This document shows, piece after piece, positions 1-13,014 of a stretch of DNA of 64,000 nucleotides. The stretch's first letter is position 1, and each line of letters starts with the position of its first letter. The position numbers and the translations under genes were made by a program. Under the pieces are notes generated by a model. It was not told the origin of the DNA and did no database searches. It saw only the letters and a program-made list of their open reading frames with translations. The stretch is from an uncultured beta proteobacterium (lineage in GTDB: Bacteria; Pseudomonadota; Gammaproteobacteria; Burkholderiales; Casimicrobiaceae), in the NCBI GenBank assembly GCA_963733985.1, contig CAVTFF010000003.1, forward strand, positions 101,619 to 165,618, in the 5' to 3' direction.

Positions 1-444
1 CTGATGGACGAAGCGGCATTCCGCGCGATGCGCAGCGCGGCGAATCCGCAGCCGTGCGTGTTCGAGAAGGCGCTTCTCGCGCGCTGCGCCGGCTGCGAGC
101 TCGCGGTACGGCGAGCGCTGGCGGAGCGCGAGGCGATCGCCTGCCCGTCGCCGATCGCACGTTCCAACTGCGATACGCTGCTCGGGATGGTCCGCGAGCG
201 TTCGGCATTCGCGTTGAAGCGGCCGCCCGGCGCGCCTTTGCCGCACGCGTTGACCATGAAGCTGCAATGCGGTGGATTGCGCGGATTGCAGCAGGCTGTC
301 GACGTCGAGGAATCCGATGTCCATCGGCTCGTCGTCGCGGCACGCGAGCGTTACGACGGTCTTGCCCATCTGCCGTGGCCGGAGATCGTCGCAGCGGTCC
401 TTGCCTGGCAGGGTCGGCGCCGGCACGCGGAGAGCGCTCCGTGA
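1..444 (+). CDS. Cys-rich hypothetical protein, possibly 5'-truncated by the window edge
   Basis: ORF 4..444 (146 aa), frame open back to position 1. Strong third-position GC bias typical of coding here. Six Cys, including CAGC. Its stop overlaps the GTG of the next ORF (GTGA at 441-444). No family recognised. Confidence 0.45.
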   Translation: MMDEAAFRAMRSAANPQPCVFEKALLARCAGCELAVRRALAEREAIACPSPIARSNCDTLLGMVRERSAFALKRPPGAPLPHALTMKLQCGGLRGLQQAVDVEESDVHRLVVAARERYDGLAHLPWPEIVAAVLAWQGRRRHAESAP

Positions 445-1490
445 TTCCGCGCTTCGATCGTCTCGTCGAAGTCGTGCAGACGAACTGCCACATCACCGAT
501 GCGCGGCACGCGCGCAACATGACGCTTTGCACCTACCTGCTCGAAATGCGCGAGCTCTATCGCTGGGAGCACGGCGTCGCGCTGACAGCCCCGCTCCCGC
601 GTGCCGCCGTCGGGACGTGGCTCACGAGCCGGGAGGCGCTGTGGGCCGCGTTCGAGGAAGCGCCCTATCGGCCACTTCCATTCGAGGGGTGCCTCGTCGA
701 TCCCTTCGACGTCGAGACGGCCAACCGCGAGCTCGTCCCGTCGGGCATTGTCTACGGGGCGGGCATCGGCCGCTTCGGCAAGCCGCAGTTCTTCCTGGGT
801 GCGCTCGAGCGCGAGGAGTGGCGCGACGGCGTACGGATCCTGGTGTCGCGCTGCGAGTACGCGCGCGACTTGTCTCCCGCGCCCGCGGCCGTTCGCGACG
901 GAACCGTCTATGTCCGACTCGAGTCGCTGCAGCGCCTGCTCTGGGAGAGGGCCGAAGCATGGGAGCGCAAGCGCGCCGACGGTGCGCTCGCCTCGGCGCT
1001 CAATGCCCATGGCTTCGCCGACGATCCCGACGCGGCGCTCCGATCGATGGCGGCCGCCGAGGTGGAAACGCTGATCCTGCACGAGCTGGGCGAGCATCGC
1101 GCCGGGCGGATGCTTGGTCCCGACTGGGAGCAAATGCTCGAAGGTTTCAGGCGCCGCCGCGCCGAGTTGTTTGCGCGCGCCGTGCGCGACCACCTGGCGG
1201 ATTGCACGACGACGCTGCCGACGCTCGTCGACCGCGACGCCGAGTCGTCGCTGCATTTCTGGTTTTCCGGATTCGACGGGGTGCGCCGCGAGCTTTTCCC
1301 GCGGCTCGCCGCTGCTTACGAAGCCTGGCGCGGCGGCGACGGCGGTCGTGCGCTGCGCGGCGCCATCAACGCCGGTGCGGACCATTGGGCCGCCGTCTGT
1401 GCGCAGATCCTTGCGTTGCACCGGAGCCACGGCGCGGGGGCAGAAGCAGCGGTCGAGGCGCTCGCGGAGGCCGACGGAACAGCGCTATAA
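441..1490 (+). CDS. conserved-looking hypothetical protein (349 aa from the internal GTG)
   Basis: In frame with ORF 54..1490. I start it at GTG 441 (VIPRFDRLVEVVQTNCHITDARH...) because that overlaps the upstream stop. The upstream 54-440 part reads as Arg/Ala-rich shadow of the other frame. No motif I can name. Confidence 0.5.
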   Translation: MIPRFDRLVEVVQTNCHITDARHARNMTLCTYLLEMRELYRWEHGVALTAPLPRAAVGTWLTSREALWAAFEEAPYRPLPFEGCLVDPFDVETANRELVPSGIVYGAGIGRFGKPQFFLGALEREEWRDGVRILVSRCEYARDLSPAPAAVRDGTVYVRLESLQRLLWERAEAWERKRADGALASALNAHGFADDPDAALRSMAAAEVETLILHELGEHRAGRMLGPDWEQMLEGFRRRRAELFARAVRDHLADCTTTLPTLVDRDAESSLHFWFSGFDGVRRELFPRLAAAYEAWRGGDGGRALRGAINAGADHWAAVCAQILALHRSHGAGAEAAVEALAEADGTAL

Positions 1491-1725
1491 CGCTGCCGCT
1501 GCGCGCCCGACCGACGTGCTGCGCGGCATCGGGCGCTGCACGCCATGCGGGAGCCATCGCCGGAGACCCCATGCGGAACCGCAGCACCAGACCGCAGGAG
1601 CACAAGCTATGAGCACAGAGACCCTTGCGACGCTGCCGGGCTCCAGGTCACGAGGCTGCGGGTTCTGGATGCTTTCTGGCGGGTGGCCGAGCGAGCCGGC
1701 GCCTGGCCGCCGTCGTGCCCGCGGG

Positions 1726-1917
1726 CTACGGCTCGCCCGCTTCGCGCGTCCTCTCCTCGATTTGCTCGTCCGCCCATTCCTCGTAGCATTTCAGACCGCA
1801 GAAATACACGACATAATCGCGTACTTCCGCGCTTTGTGCCTCGGACTTGGGGATTTCCTTCAGGCAGACCTCGCACGGCACGAGGGCGACCTCGGCCGGG
1901 TTCAGCGTTGCGACCAT
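1726..1917 (-). CDS. small Cys-containing protein, DUF3330-like (recognition from memory, unverified)
   Basis: 63 aa ORF with paired Cys motifs (PCEVCLKEIP ... YFCGLKCYEEW) and coding-like GC3. Confidence 0.55.
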   Translation of the reverse strand: MVATLNPAEVALVPCEVCLKEIPKSEAQSAEVRDYVVYFCGLKCYEEWADEQIEERTREAGEP

Positions 1918-2045
1918 TCGGCACCTCCTCTCGCGAAACGAGTGAAAACCGAATGCGGGCTACGATGCGATTCGTTTGAACGATAATCCTCCGGGCGCCG
2001 GTCCGGCTTGATCCCGGGCAATCAATTCCCGAAAACAAGAACAGA

Positions 2046-2075
2046 ATCGGCGCGCGCAGGCTTGCGCGCGCCGAT
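2046..2075 (-). terminator. rho-independent terminator downstream of the FadL-like gene
   Basis: Perfect 13-bp stem ATCGGCGCGCGCA / TGCGCGCGCCGAT with a 4-nt loop. On the minus strand it is followed by TCTGTTCTTGTTTTC. It lies 48 nt past the stop at 2123. Confidence 0.65.
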
Positions 2076-2122
2076 CGAAAGGCCTTCCGACGTCCGCCGG
2101 TTTCTACCCCGGCATCATCCGG

Positions 2123-3475
2123 TCAGAACTTGCGGTTGTAGGCGATGCCGAGGAGGTACTCCTTCATCTGGATTGAGTCGGTCGTCGACGCGAGCACCGG
2201 ATCGAACGGCGCAAAGAGGCTGGGTCCGGTCACCGAGTTGTTCGCCGCGTACATGAACGCGCCGGTGATTTCGGACACCTTGTCGATCCGCCAGGTCGCC
2301 CCCACCGAGTACTGGTTCTGGACCACGCCCGGCGCGAGGATGTTGAACGTGACGTCCTGCGGCCGGATCGGATTGTCGGTGTGGTTGTAGCCCGCGCGCA
2401 GCGTCCAGGCGTCGTTGATGTCGTACTGGACGCCGATCTTCCAGACGTCGACGTTCTGCCAGCCGAAGCCCGCGCCGGTGTCGCCGCCAAGGCAGTAGCT
2501 GCGCAGTCCAGGGCCGCCGAGCTCCGGTGGCAGGCAGGAGAAAATGTTGGCGCTCGGATTGTTCACCGACGGCGCATCGTCGTAGTAGATCCGCTGATAG
2601 TCGACGGCGAACAGCAGCTCCTTCACCGGGCGCACACCGATGCCAACCGTGAAGGTCGACGGAATGTCGAAACCGCCCTGCTGCGCGAACAGGCCCTGGT
2701 ACTTGTCGAAGTTGCCCATGCTGATCTTGCTCTGCCACGCACCGCCGATCGCGAGCCAATCGGTAAGCTGGCCCATGTAGCCGATGCGTACGCCGAATCC
2801 CCACGAGTCGTCATAACCGTTGTTGGTGACGCTGCCGGGAGAGGTCGAGAAGACCGGATTGTCGAAAAGTTGCAGGCCTTCGGCCTTGAAGCGCTGATAG
2901 GCGACGACCGGCGTGATGCCGACCGAGTGGCCCTTGACGAACTGCCACGACACGTACGGCGCGATCATCAGCTGCATCAGGTCGACGCCGAGATTGCCCT
3001 GCCGCAGAGCAGGTTGTAGGGCCGACGCGGATGGCTCTGCCGGAAGGCGCGGCACGCGCTCAGGTTCGGGATCTGTCCGCCCGGATAGTCGGTGTTCATC
3101 CCGCCGTTCCCGTACACGGTCACGCCCAGCGCGAGGTCAGGGCTGTATTTCCAGTTGATCCCGAATTCGGGGATGAAGAAGTTGTTGCTGCCGCTGTCGA
3201 CGTTGGCGTCGATGTTGCCCAAGGCCCGACCCGGTGCGCGACGCGCTGCGGTGCGGGCTGAACCAGGCGGCACCGAGCTGCCATTGGTTGTCGAGGAACG
3301 ACATCGCGCCGGGATTGATCGCGCCGCCGAACGGCTCCTGTGCGACGGCGATCGCGGCGCCGCCCATGCCGATCGCCTTCATGCCGTAGCCGTTCGCGAA
3401 ATAGCCGTCGGTCGCATGCGCGACAGCGGAGCCAACCGCCGCCGCGAGCGCGGGCAGAGGGTCGTGAGTTTTTAT
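2123..3475 (-). CDS. FadL/OmpP1/TodX-family outer-membrane transport protein (frame-disrupted in this sequence)
   Basis: Three pieces (3137..3610, 2977..3273, 2123..3055) join into one protein. It has a signal peptide ...ALAAAVGSAVAHA, then ATDGYFANGYGMKAIGMGGA, and the C-terminus ...LLGIAYNRKF ends in Phe. Frame changes fall near 3240 and 3050. [11 protein letters not shown] precedes codon 3475-3473, which is ATA rather than a canonical start. Confidence 0.75.
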
Positions 3476-3548
3476 CGTTTCTCCCTCCTGAGTGGTTTGG
3501 AGTCCGGCGATCGGAATCCTGCAGCCGCGCGGTGCGCGTGCGTACGAT

Positions 3549-4180
3549 TCAGATGAACAAGCTGACGTCGGCATCCTTCGCCATCGGCAGGAACGTGGCG
3601 GCACCGACATAGTCCTTGACCTCGGGAATGAACTCGTAGCGCTTGTAGCCGAAGAGATCGACGGTCATCTGGCAGCCGATCAGGTTCACGCCGGCTTCAA
3701 TGCACAGGCTCCGCAACTCGCCGATCTCGGCGACGCCCTTGTTCTTGATCGTCTTCTTCATCATCTTCGTGGCGAAGGCCTCGTAGCCGGTATCAGCGAC
3801 TGCACGGCGTTCGGGATGTTCCAGCGGATCGACTTGAACCACGCCGGACCCATCGGCATCTTCATCGGCATTGCCGGGTTGCCGAGCGGGCTCACTTTCA
3901 ATTTCCTGAGGTCCTTCTTGAGCAGCTCGAGGCCGTAGAAGGTGAAGAAGATCGACACGTCCCAGCCGAGCGCCGCGGCAGTCGAGGCCAGGATGAACGG
4001 CGGATACGCCCAGTCGAGCGTGCCCTTGGTGGCGATGATCGTCATCGACGGCGTCTTCGCCGCCTTCAGCTCCGCGAGCTTGGCGGCGAGCCGTTGATCG
4101 AGCAGGGCGTCGACGCGTTCGCGAATGACGCGATCGAGCGCGGCATCATCCTCGGCGATGGTCCTGGTTTGCGTTTCCAT
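3549..4180 (-). CDS. DsrE/DsrF-like (COG2210-type) sulfur-relay family protein (one frame disruption)
   Basis: Met at 4180 (GAGGAG SD upstream). Sequence reads ...MTIIATKGTLDWAYPPFILASTAAALGWDVSIFFTFYGL... and continues after about 3790 in ORF 3549..3842 (...GELRSLCIEAGVNLIGCQMTVDLFG...). Confidence 0.65.
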
Positions 4181-4224
4181 GGCGTCTCCTCTGAGGTCGT
4201 GATCGGAATCAGCGTGGGACCGGG

Positions 4225-4452
4225 CTATTTCTTCTTGAGATAGAAGATGTAGGTCTTGTTCTCTTCCGTCGAGGACAGGAGCGGATTTCCCGTTTGATTG
4301 GAGAACGCCTGCATGTCCTTGATCGAGCCCGGGTCGGTCGCGACGACCTTCAACACCTGGCCGGATGCAAGCTCGTTCAGCGACTTCTTGGTCTTGAGGA
4401 TCGGCAGCGGGCACGACAGTCCGCGCGCATCAAGTTCCTTGTCGAAATTCAT
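4225..4452 (-). CDS. tusA: TusA-family sulfurtransferase
   Basis: 75 aa with the CPxP active-site motif (DARGLSCPLPILKTKK) and typical TusA/SirA length. Intact. Confidence 0.85.
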   Translation of the reverse strand: MNFDKELDARGLSCPLPILKTKKSLNELASGQVLKVVATDPGSIKDMQAFSNQTGNPLLSSTEENKTYIFYLKKK

Positions 4453-4788
4453 CGGGATATCTCCATGGTTCGATTGCGATTGGACGGCGACTCCGCGAAC
4501 GCCTCCGGCCCTGCGCGCCAGCCCCGCCGACGCGGCCTAGCCGCCGGCCACACACAAAAAGAATTGTCCGCTCGGCGCCGCTTGGTCTTCTTGTCTGCGG
4601 TCAAGGGTTGGATCCATCCGCCCGCGTCAAATCGCCGCGGTAGCGAAATCCACGCATTAGGCGAAAATTGGCTCCGCCCGTCTATAGCCGCTCCGGGTAA
4701 TAACCCTGCTACCCATGCGGGGAGCATTGGCTGCTGCAAGCTTGATCGGGGACATATGGGGGAAAGCGCATATTGCGATCGCTGGCGA

Positions 4789-6830
4789 TTACACCAACTT
4801 TCTTGCGGCGGCGACGACGGCGTCGATGGTGAAGCCGAAGTGGGGGAAGAGGGCGGAGGCGGGGGCGGACTCGCCGAAGGTGTCGAGGCCGAGCACGGCG
4901 GCGTGCGGATCGTCGAGGGCGCCGACATAGGCGCGCCAGCCGGCGGTGGCGCCGGCTTCGATGGCCAGGCGCGGGATCGAAGGCGGCAGCACGCTGGCCC
5001 GCCAGGCGGGGTCCTGGCGCTCGAAGACGCTGGTGCAGGGTAGCGAGACGACGCGCGCGGCAAGGCCGTCCTTTTGGAGCGTGGTGCGGGCGCCCATGGC
5101 CAGCGCCACCTCGGAGCCGGTGGCGAGGAGGACCACCCGGCGGGGGAGGTTGGGCGCGAAGTCGGCGAGCACGTAGCCGCCTTTGGCGATGTCCTGGCAT
5201 TGCGCGGCATCGCGCGGCTGGAAGGGGACGTTCTGGCGGGTCAAGATCAGCGCGGTGGGGCCGTCGGCGCGGGCGATCGCGGCGACCCACGCGGCGGCGG
5301 TCTCCACGGTGTCGCAGGGGCGCCAGACATCGAGGTGCGGAATGAGGCGCAGGCTCGCGGTGTGCTCGACGGCCTGATGGGTGGGGCCGTCCTCGCCCAG
5401 GCCGATCGAGTCGTGGGTGAACACGAAGATCGAGCGCAGCTTCATCAGCGCCGCCATGCGCAGGGCGTTGCGCGCGTAGTCGGAGAAGGTGAGAAAGGTG
5501 CCCACATAGGGGATGAACCCGCCGTGCAGCGCGAGACCGTTGGCGATGGCGCTCATGCCGAACTCGCGCACCCCGAAGTGAACGTAGTTGCCGGCCGTGG
5601 TCTTGGTGACCGGGACGCTGCCGGCCCAGTTGGTGAACACCGAGCCGGTGAGATCGGCGGCGCCGCCGAGGAGCTCGGGCAGCGCCGGACCGAGCGTGTC
5701 GAGCGCCTGCTGCGAGGCCTTGCGGGTGGCCACGCTGGCCGCCTTGGCGGCTTGCGCCGCAACGAGCGCGGCGGCGGTCTCGGGCCAGCTATCCGGCAGC
5801 TCGCCCGCCGATCCGGCGGCTGAACTCCTCTGCTTCCTGCGGATACGCCGCGCGGTAGGCGGCAAAGCGCGTCGCCCACGCCGCTTCCTGTTGCGCGCCG
5901 CGGTCGCGCGCATTCCAGGCTTTTGCAGATCGACTGCCGGAATCACGAACGGCGGATGCGGCCAGCTGAGCGCCACCCGGGTGGCCGCCACTTCCTTCTC
6001 GCCCAGCGCCGCGCCGTGGGTGTCGGCGCTGCCGGCCTTGGTCGGCGCCCCCTTGCCGATCACCGTCTGGCAGCACAACAACTGCGGCCGCGCCTGCTGC
6101 GCCCCGTCGGCCTGCGCCGCCGCCAGCGCCGCCGCCACCGCCGCACGTCGTGACCGTCCACCCGCGCCTGCACGTGCCAGCCGTAGGCTTCGAAGCGCCG
6201 GGCCGTGTCGTCGGTGAACCAGTCCTTGGTCGCGCCGTCGATCGAAATCCCGTTGTCGTCGTAGAAGACGATGAGCTTGCCCAGGCCCAGCGTGCCGGCG
6301 AGCGAGCAGGCTTCGTGCGAAATCCCCTCCATCAGGCAGCCGTCGCCGGCGAAGACATAGGTGTGATGATCGACGATGCTGTGGCCCGGACGGTTGAAGG
6401 TGGCCGCCAGCAGCCGCTCGGCCAGCGCCATCCCCACCGCGTTGGCGAGCCCCTGGCCCAGCGGCCCGGTGGTGGTCTCCACCCCCGGGGTCACCCCCAC
6501 CTCCGGATGCCCCGGCGTTTGCGAGCCCAGTTGCCGAAAGCGCTTGAGCTCCTCCATCGGCAGGTCGTAGCCGGTCAGGTGCAGCAGCGCATAGAGCAGC
6601 ATCGAACCGTGACCGTTGGACAAGACGAAACGATCGCGATCGGGCCAGCGCGGATGCGCCGGATTGTAGCGCAATGGCCCCCGCCACAACGCCAGCGCGA
6701 TCTCCGCCATCCCCATCGGCATCCCCGGATGCCCGCACTTCGCCGCCTCCACCGCATCCATCGCCAACGCCCGGATCGCGTTGGCAAGTTGTGCGGTATC
6801 CGCACCGGCACTGATCGGTTGGTCTTTCAT
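4789..6830 (-). CDS. tkt: transketolase (cbbT-type, last gene of the cbb operon; frame-disrupted)
   Basis: N-terminus: [28 protein letters not shown]...[19 protein letters not shown]...[14 protein letters not shown]...[16 protein letters not shown]-terminal half: [20 protein letters not shown]. Frame changes fall near 6150, 5925 and 5815. Confidence 0.9.
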
Positions 6831-6843
6831 CGCTTCATTCCCT

Positions 6844-7727
6844 TCACATTGTCACCGCGCGCCGCTTGCGATCCATGAGCTGCAGGATCATCGGCGTGAA
6901 GATCAGCTGCATCGCGAGGCTCATCTTGCCGCCCGGCACGACGATGATGTTGGGCCGCGACATGTACGAGTCGTGCAGCATCGACAGCAGGTAGAGGAAG
7001 TCGATCCCCTGCGGCTTCGCGAAACGGATCACGACCATGCTCTCGTCGACGGTCGGGATGTCCTTCGCGATGAACGGGATTCGACGTGTCGACCATCGGC
7101 ACGCGCTGGAAATTGATGTGCGTGTGCGAGAACTGCGGGCAGATGTAATTCACGTAATCGGGCATTCGCCGCAGGATCGTATCGACAACCGCATCCTGCG
7201 AGTAGCCGCGCAGGTTCTGGTCGCGATGCAGCTTCTGGATCCACTCGAGGTTGATGATCGGGACGACGCCGATCAGCAGGTCGGCATGGACGCGCGATGT
7301 TGACCTCGCGGGTCACGGCGGCGCCGTGCAGTCCCTCGTAGAACAGCAGATCGGTGCCGGCGGGAATGTCGGTCCACGGCGTGAAAGTGCCCGGGTCCTG
7401 CTTGAACGGCGCCGCCTCGCGCGCGTCGTGCAGGTATTTGCGCACCTTGCCGGTTCCGCTCTCGCCGTAGGTCCGGAACAGCGTTTCGAGGTCCGGCAGC
7501 AGATTGGCCTCCGGCCCGAAGTGGCTGAAATGCTCGTTGCCGACTGCGCCGGCCTCCGCCATCTTGGCCTTCATCTCCTTGCGGTCGTAGCGATGGAACG
7601 AATCGCCCTCGACGATCGCGGCGGTGATGCCTTCGCGCCGGAAGATGTGCTCGAACGTCCGGGTAACGGTCGTCGTGCCGGCGCCGGACGAGCCGGTGAT
7701 GGCGACGACGGGATGCCGCTTCGACAT
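6844..7727 (-). CDS. cbbP: phosphoribulokinase (frame-disrupted)
   Basis: P-loop [25 protein letters not shown], ...[23 protein letters not shown]..., and C-terminus ...[21 protein letters not shown]. Frame changes near 7285 and 7085. Confidence 0.9.
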
Positions 7728-7745
7728 GCGTTTCCCCTCGTCGAC

Positions 7746-8831
7746 TCAGTTGGTCAGGGTGACGGCGCCGAACAGCGAGCGCTCGTTGAACAGCGGCGAG
7801 GAGAACGCGACCTCGCCGCGATCGTGCTCGGCGTGATAGCGCGCAAGGCGCTCCACTTCGCTCTTCGAGCCGAGGATCACCGGCACACGCTCGTGCAGCG
7901 ACGACGGGACGACGTCGAGAATGCGATCGCGCCCGGTCGATGCGGCGCCGCCCGCCTGCTCGATCAGCATCGCCATCGGGTTCGCCTCGTAGAGCAGGCG
8001 CAGGCGTCCCGGCTTGGCCGGATCCTTCGTGTCCTTCGGATACATGAACAGACCGCCGCGCATCAGGATCCGATGCACTTCGGCGACGAGCGACGCGATC
8101 CAGCGCATGTTGAAATCCTTGCCGCGCGCGCCCGCTCTTGCCGGCGATGCATTCCTCGACGTAGCGCTTGACCGGCGGCTCCCAGAAGCGCTCGTTCGAC
8201 GCGTTGACCGCGAATTCCTGCGTCTCTTCGGCGATTCCGAGGTTCGGATGGGTGAGGATGTACGCGCCGATCTCCGGATCGAGCGTGAAGCCGTGCACGC
8301 CGGTGCCCAGCGTGATCACGATCATCGCCGTCGGTCCGTAAAGCGCGTAGCCGGCGCAGACCTGCTGCGTGCCCGGCTGCAGGAAATCCTCGGCCTTCGG
8401 ATCGGTGACGCCCTTCGGGTGCGCGCAGCACCGAAAAGATCGTGCCGACGGTGACGTTGACGTCGAGGTTCGACGAGCCGTCGAGCGGATCGAATACGAG
8501 CAGATAGCGGCCGCGCGGATACTGCGCCGGGATCGCGTACGGTGCCTCCATTTCCTCGGAGGCCATGCCGGCGAGATAGCCGCCCCATTCGCAGCAGGAG
8601 AGCATGATGTCGTTGGCGATGACGTCGAGATGCTTCTGCTCCTCGCCCTGCACGTTGACGGCGCCGACCCGAGCCGGGCGCGGCGCTGAGCGCACCGCGG
8701 GCGACCGCGCTCGCGATGTACTTGCATGCGGTCTGGATGTCGTTGACCAGCGCGATCAGCTCCGCGCCGCCTTCGAGCTTGCGCTGTTCCTCGATGATGA
8801 ACTTCGACAGCGTCGTGCGACCATAGAACAT
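7746..8831 (-). CDS. fbp: class 1 fructose-1,6-bisphosphatase (frame-disrupted)
   Basis: [18 protein letters not shown]..., metal-binding [56 protein letters not shown]. Frame changes near 8690, 8420 and 8135. Confidence 0.9.
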
Positions 8832-8835
8832 GGCC

Positions 8836-9719
8836 TCAGCCTCCCTGGAACACGCGGCTCGCGCGGATGTCGGCGGCCGAAATGGTTTGCAGCGCGTCGC
8901 GCGTCACCGGCGTCGGTCGACGCGAAAAGCCGGTTCGCCTGGCGCAGCCGCGCGCGGTCGAGCGCGTTGCGGATCGAGCGGGCGTTGGCGAAATTGGGTT
9001 GTGCGCGGCGCATTCCGATGTACTCGTGAAGCGCGGCTTCGGCCTCGACGTCGAGCCGGTAGTCGAGCTTCGCGAGCATGAGTTCCGGCGATCTCGTAGA
9101 GCTCGCCTTCCGAGTAATCGGGAAAGTCGATGTGGTGCGCGATCCGTGAGGCCATCCCCGGATTGCTGCGGAAGAACGTATCCATCCGGTCCTTGTAGCC
9201 GGCGAGGATGACGACGAGATCGTCGCGATTGTTCTCCATCACCTGCAGCAGGATCTCGATCGCTTCCTGCCCGTAGTCGCGCTCGTTTTCAGGGCGATAC
9301 AGGTAATACGCTTCGTCGATGAACAGTACGCCGCCCATCGCACGCTTCAGCACTTCCTTGGTCTTGGGCGCCGTGTGGCCGATGTACTGGCCGACGAGAT
9401 CGTCGCGCGTCACCGAGACGAGATGCCCTTTGCGGACGTAGGAGAGCCGATGCAGGATCTCCGCCATTCGCATGGCGACCGTCGTCTTGCCGGTGCCCGG
9501 ATTGCCGGTGAAGCTCATGTGCAGCGACGGCGGCGCGCCGGTAAGCCCTAGCGTCGCGCGCGCCTTCGACACGACGAGATAGGCGGCGATCTCGCGGATC
9601 CGCTGCTTGACGGGCGCGAGCCCGACCAGTTCGCGATCGAGCGCGTCGAGCACGTCGACGACGTTCGCCTCGCGCAGCAGTGCCTGGAGGTCGATGTGAG
9701 CGGGAGCGAGGTCGTTCAT
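8836..9719 (-). CDS. cbbX: CbbX, AAA+ red-type RuBisCO activase (frame-disrupted)
   Basis: Walker [14 protein letters not shown], Walker [14 protein letters not shown], and C-terminus ...[15 protein letters not shown] with TGA at 8838-8836. Frame changes near 9085 and 8905. Confidence 0.9.
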
Positions 9720-9757
9720 GGCGATGCCGCGCGATCGTTGCGCGACGGGTCACACCA

Positions 9758-11977
<2,220 letters not shown>

Positions 11978-12943
11978 ATGCGCGGCGTCACCATCCGACA
12001 GCTGCAGATCTTCGTTGCTGCGGCAGGCCACCTGAGCTTCGCGCGTACCTCGGAACAATTGCACCTTACGCAGGCGGGCGTATCGCTCCAGATCAAACAA
12101 CTCGAAGAAATGGCAGGCTTCGCGCTGTTCGAGCGCCGCGGCCGCAGGGTCGCGCTGACGGAGGCGGGCGAGGTGCTGCAGCGGTACGCGCAGCGGATCC
12201 TCGATGCGCTCAAGGACGCCGATGCGGCCCTCTCGGCGCTGAAGGGGCTCACCGGCGGGCGCATCCGCGTGGGCGTCGTCAGCACGGCGAAGTATTTCGC
12301 GCCGGCGCTCCTCGTGCGCTTCCAGAGGCGCTACCCCGGCGTGCGGGTCTCGCTTTCGGTCAACAATCGCGAGGTCATTGTCCGCGAGCTCGAGCGCGAC
12401 GAAATCGACGTCGCGATCATGGGCCAGCCGCCGCCGCGCCTCCCGACCGAATCGGTGGCGATCGCCGACCACCCGCTCGTCGTCATCGCCGCGCCGCAGC
12501 ACCCGCTCGCGGCGAGAACGCGGATTCCGCTTGGGGCGCTCGCAGGCGAAACGTTCCTCCTGCGCGAGCAGGGCTCGGGGACCCGCTCGTCGATGGAGCG
12601 ATTCTTCGCCGAGCGCGGGTTCGAAGCGAAGATCGGCAACGAGATGAGCAGCAACGAGACGATCAAGCAGGCGGTGATGGCAGGCATGGGGCTCGCGCTC
12701 ATCTCGCGCCACACGATCGGTCTCGAGCTCGCGACGCATCGACTCGCCGTCCTCGACGTCGTCGGCCTCCCGCTGATGCGCCGCTGGTACGTGGTGCGCC
12801 GCGCCGGACGCTTCGTGAGCCCGGCCGCCGCCGCGTTCGTCGATTTCGTCGTAGCGGAAGCGCCCGGGCTACTCGCCGAATTGCATCCGACAGACGCAAA
12901 GCCGCGCCGAAAGTCTGCCGTCAGGCGAAGCGCGCGCCGATAG
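11978..12943 (+). CDS. cbbR: LysR-family transcriptional regulator CbbR
   Basis: 321 aa, intact. N-terminal wHTH IRQLQIFVAAAGHLSFARTSEQLHLTQAGVSLQIKQLEE. Divergent from cbbL. Confidence 0.9.
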   Translation: MRGVTIRQLQIFVAAAGHLSFARTSEQLHLTQAGVSLQIKQLEEMAGFALFERRGRRVALTEAGEVLQRYAQRILDALKDADAALSALKGLTGGRIRVGVVSTAKYFAPALLVRFQRRYPGVRVSLSVNNREVIVRELERDEIDVAIMGQPPPRLPTESVAIADHPLVVIAAPQHPLAARTRIPLGALAGETFLLREQGSGTRSSMERFFAERGFEAKIGNEMSSNETIKQAVMAGMGLALISRHTIGLELATHRLAVLDVVGLPLMRRWYVVRRAGRFVSPAAAAFVDFVVAEAPGLLAELHPTDAKPRRKSAVRRSARR

Positions 12944-13014
12944 CCGCGCGCTATTCGTCGGCCTCTTCAACGATTTGACAAATGTTCGATGTGGCGGACC
13001 AACCGCCGACCTCA

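Noticed and set aside
54-440. The long N-terminal extension of ORF 54..1490 (478 aa version).
   Set aside because: The first 129 codons overlap the better-looking 4..444 frame and translate to Arg/Ala-rich low complexity. The internal GTG at 441 gives a stop/start overlap.
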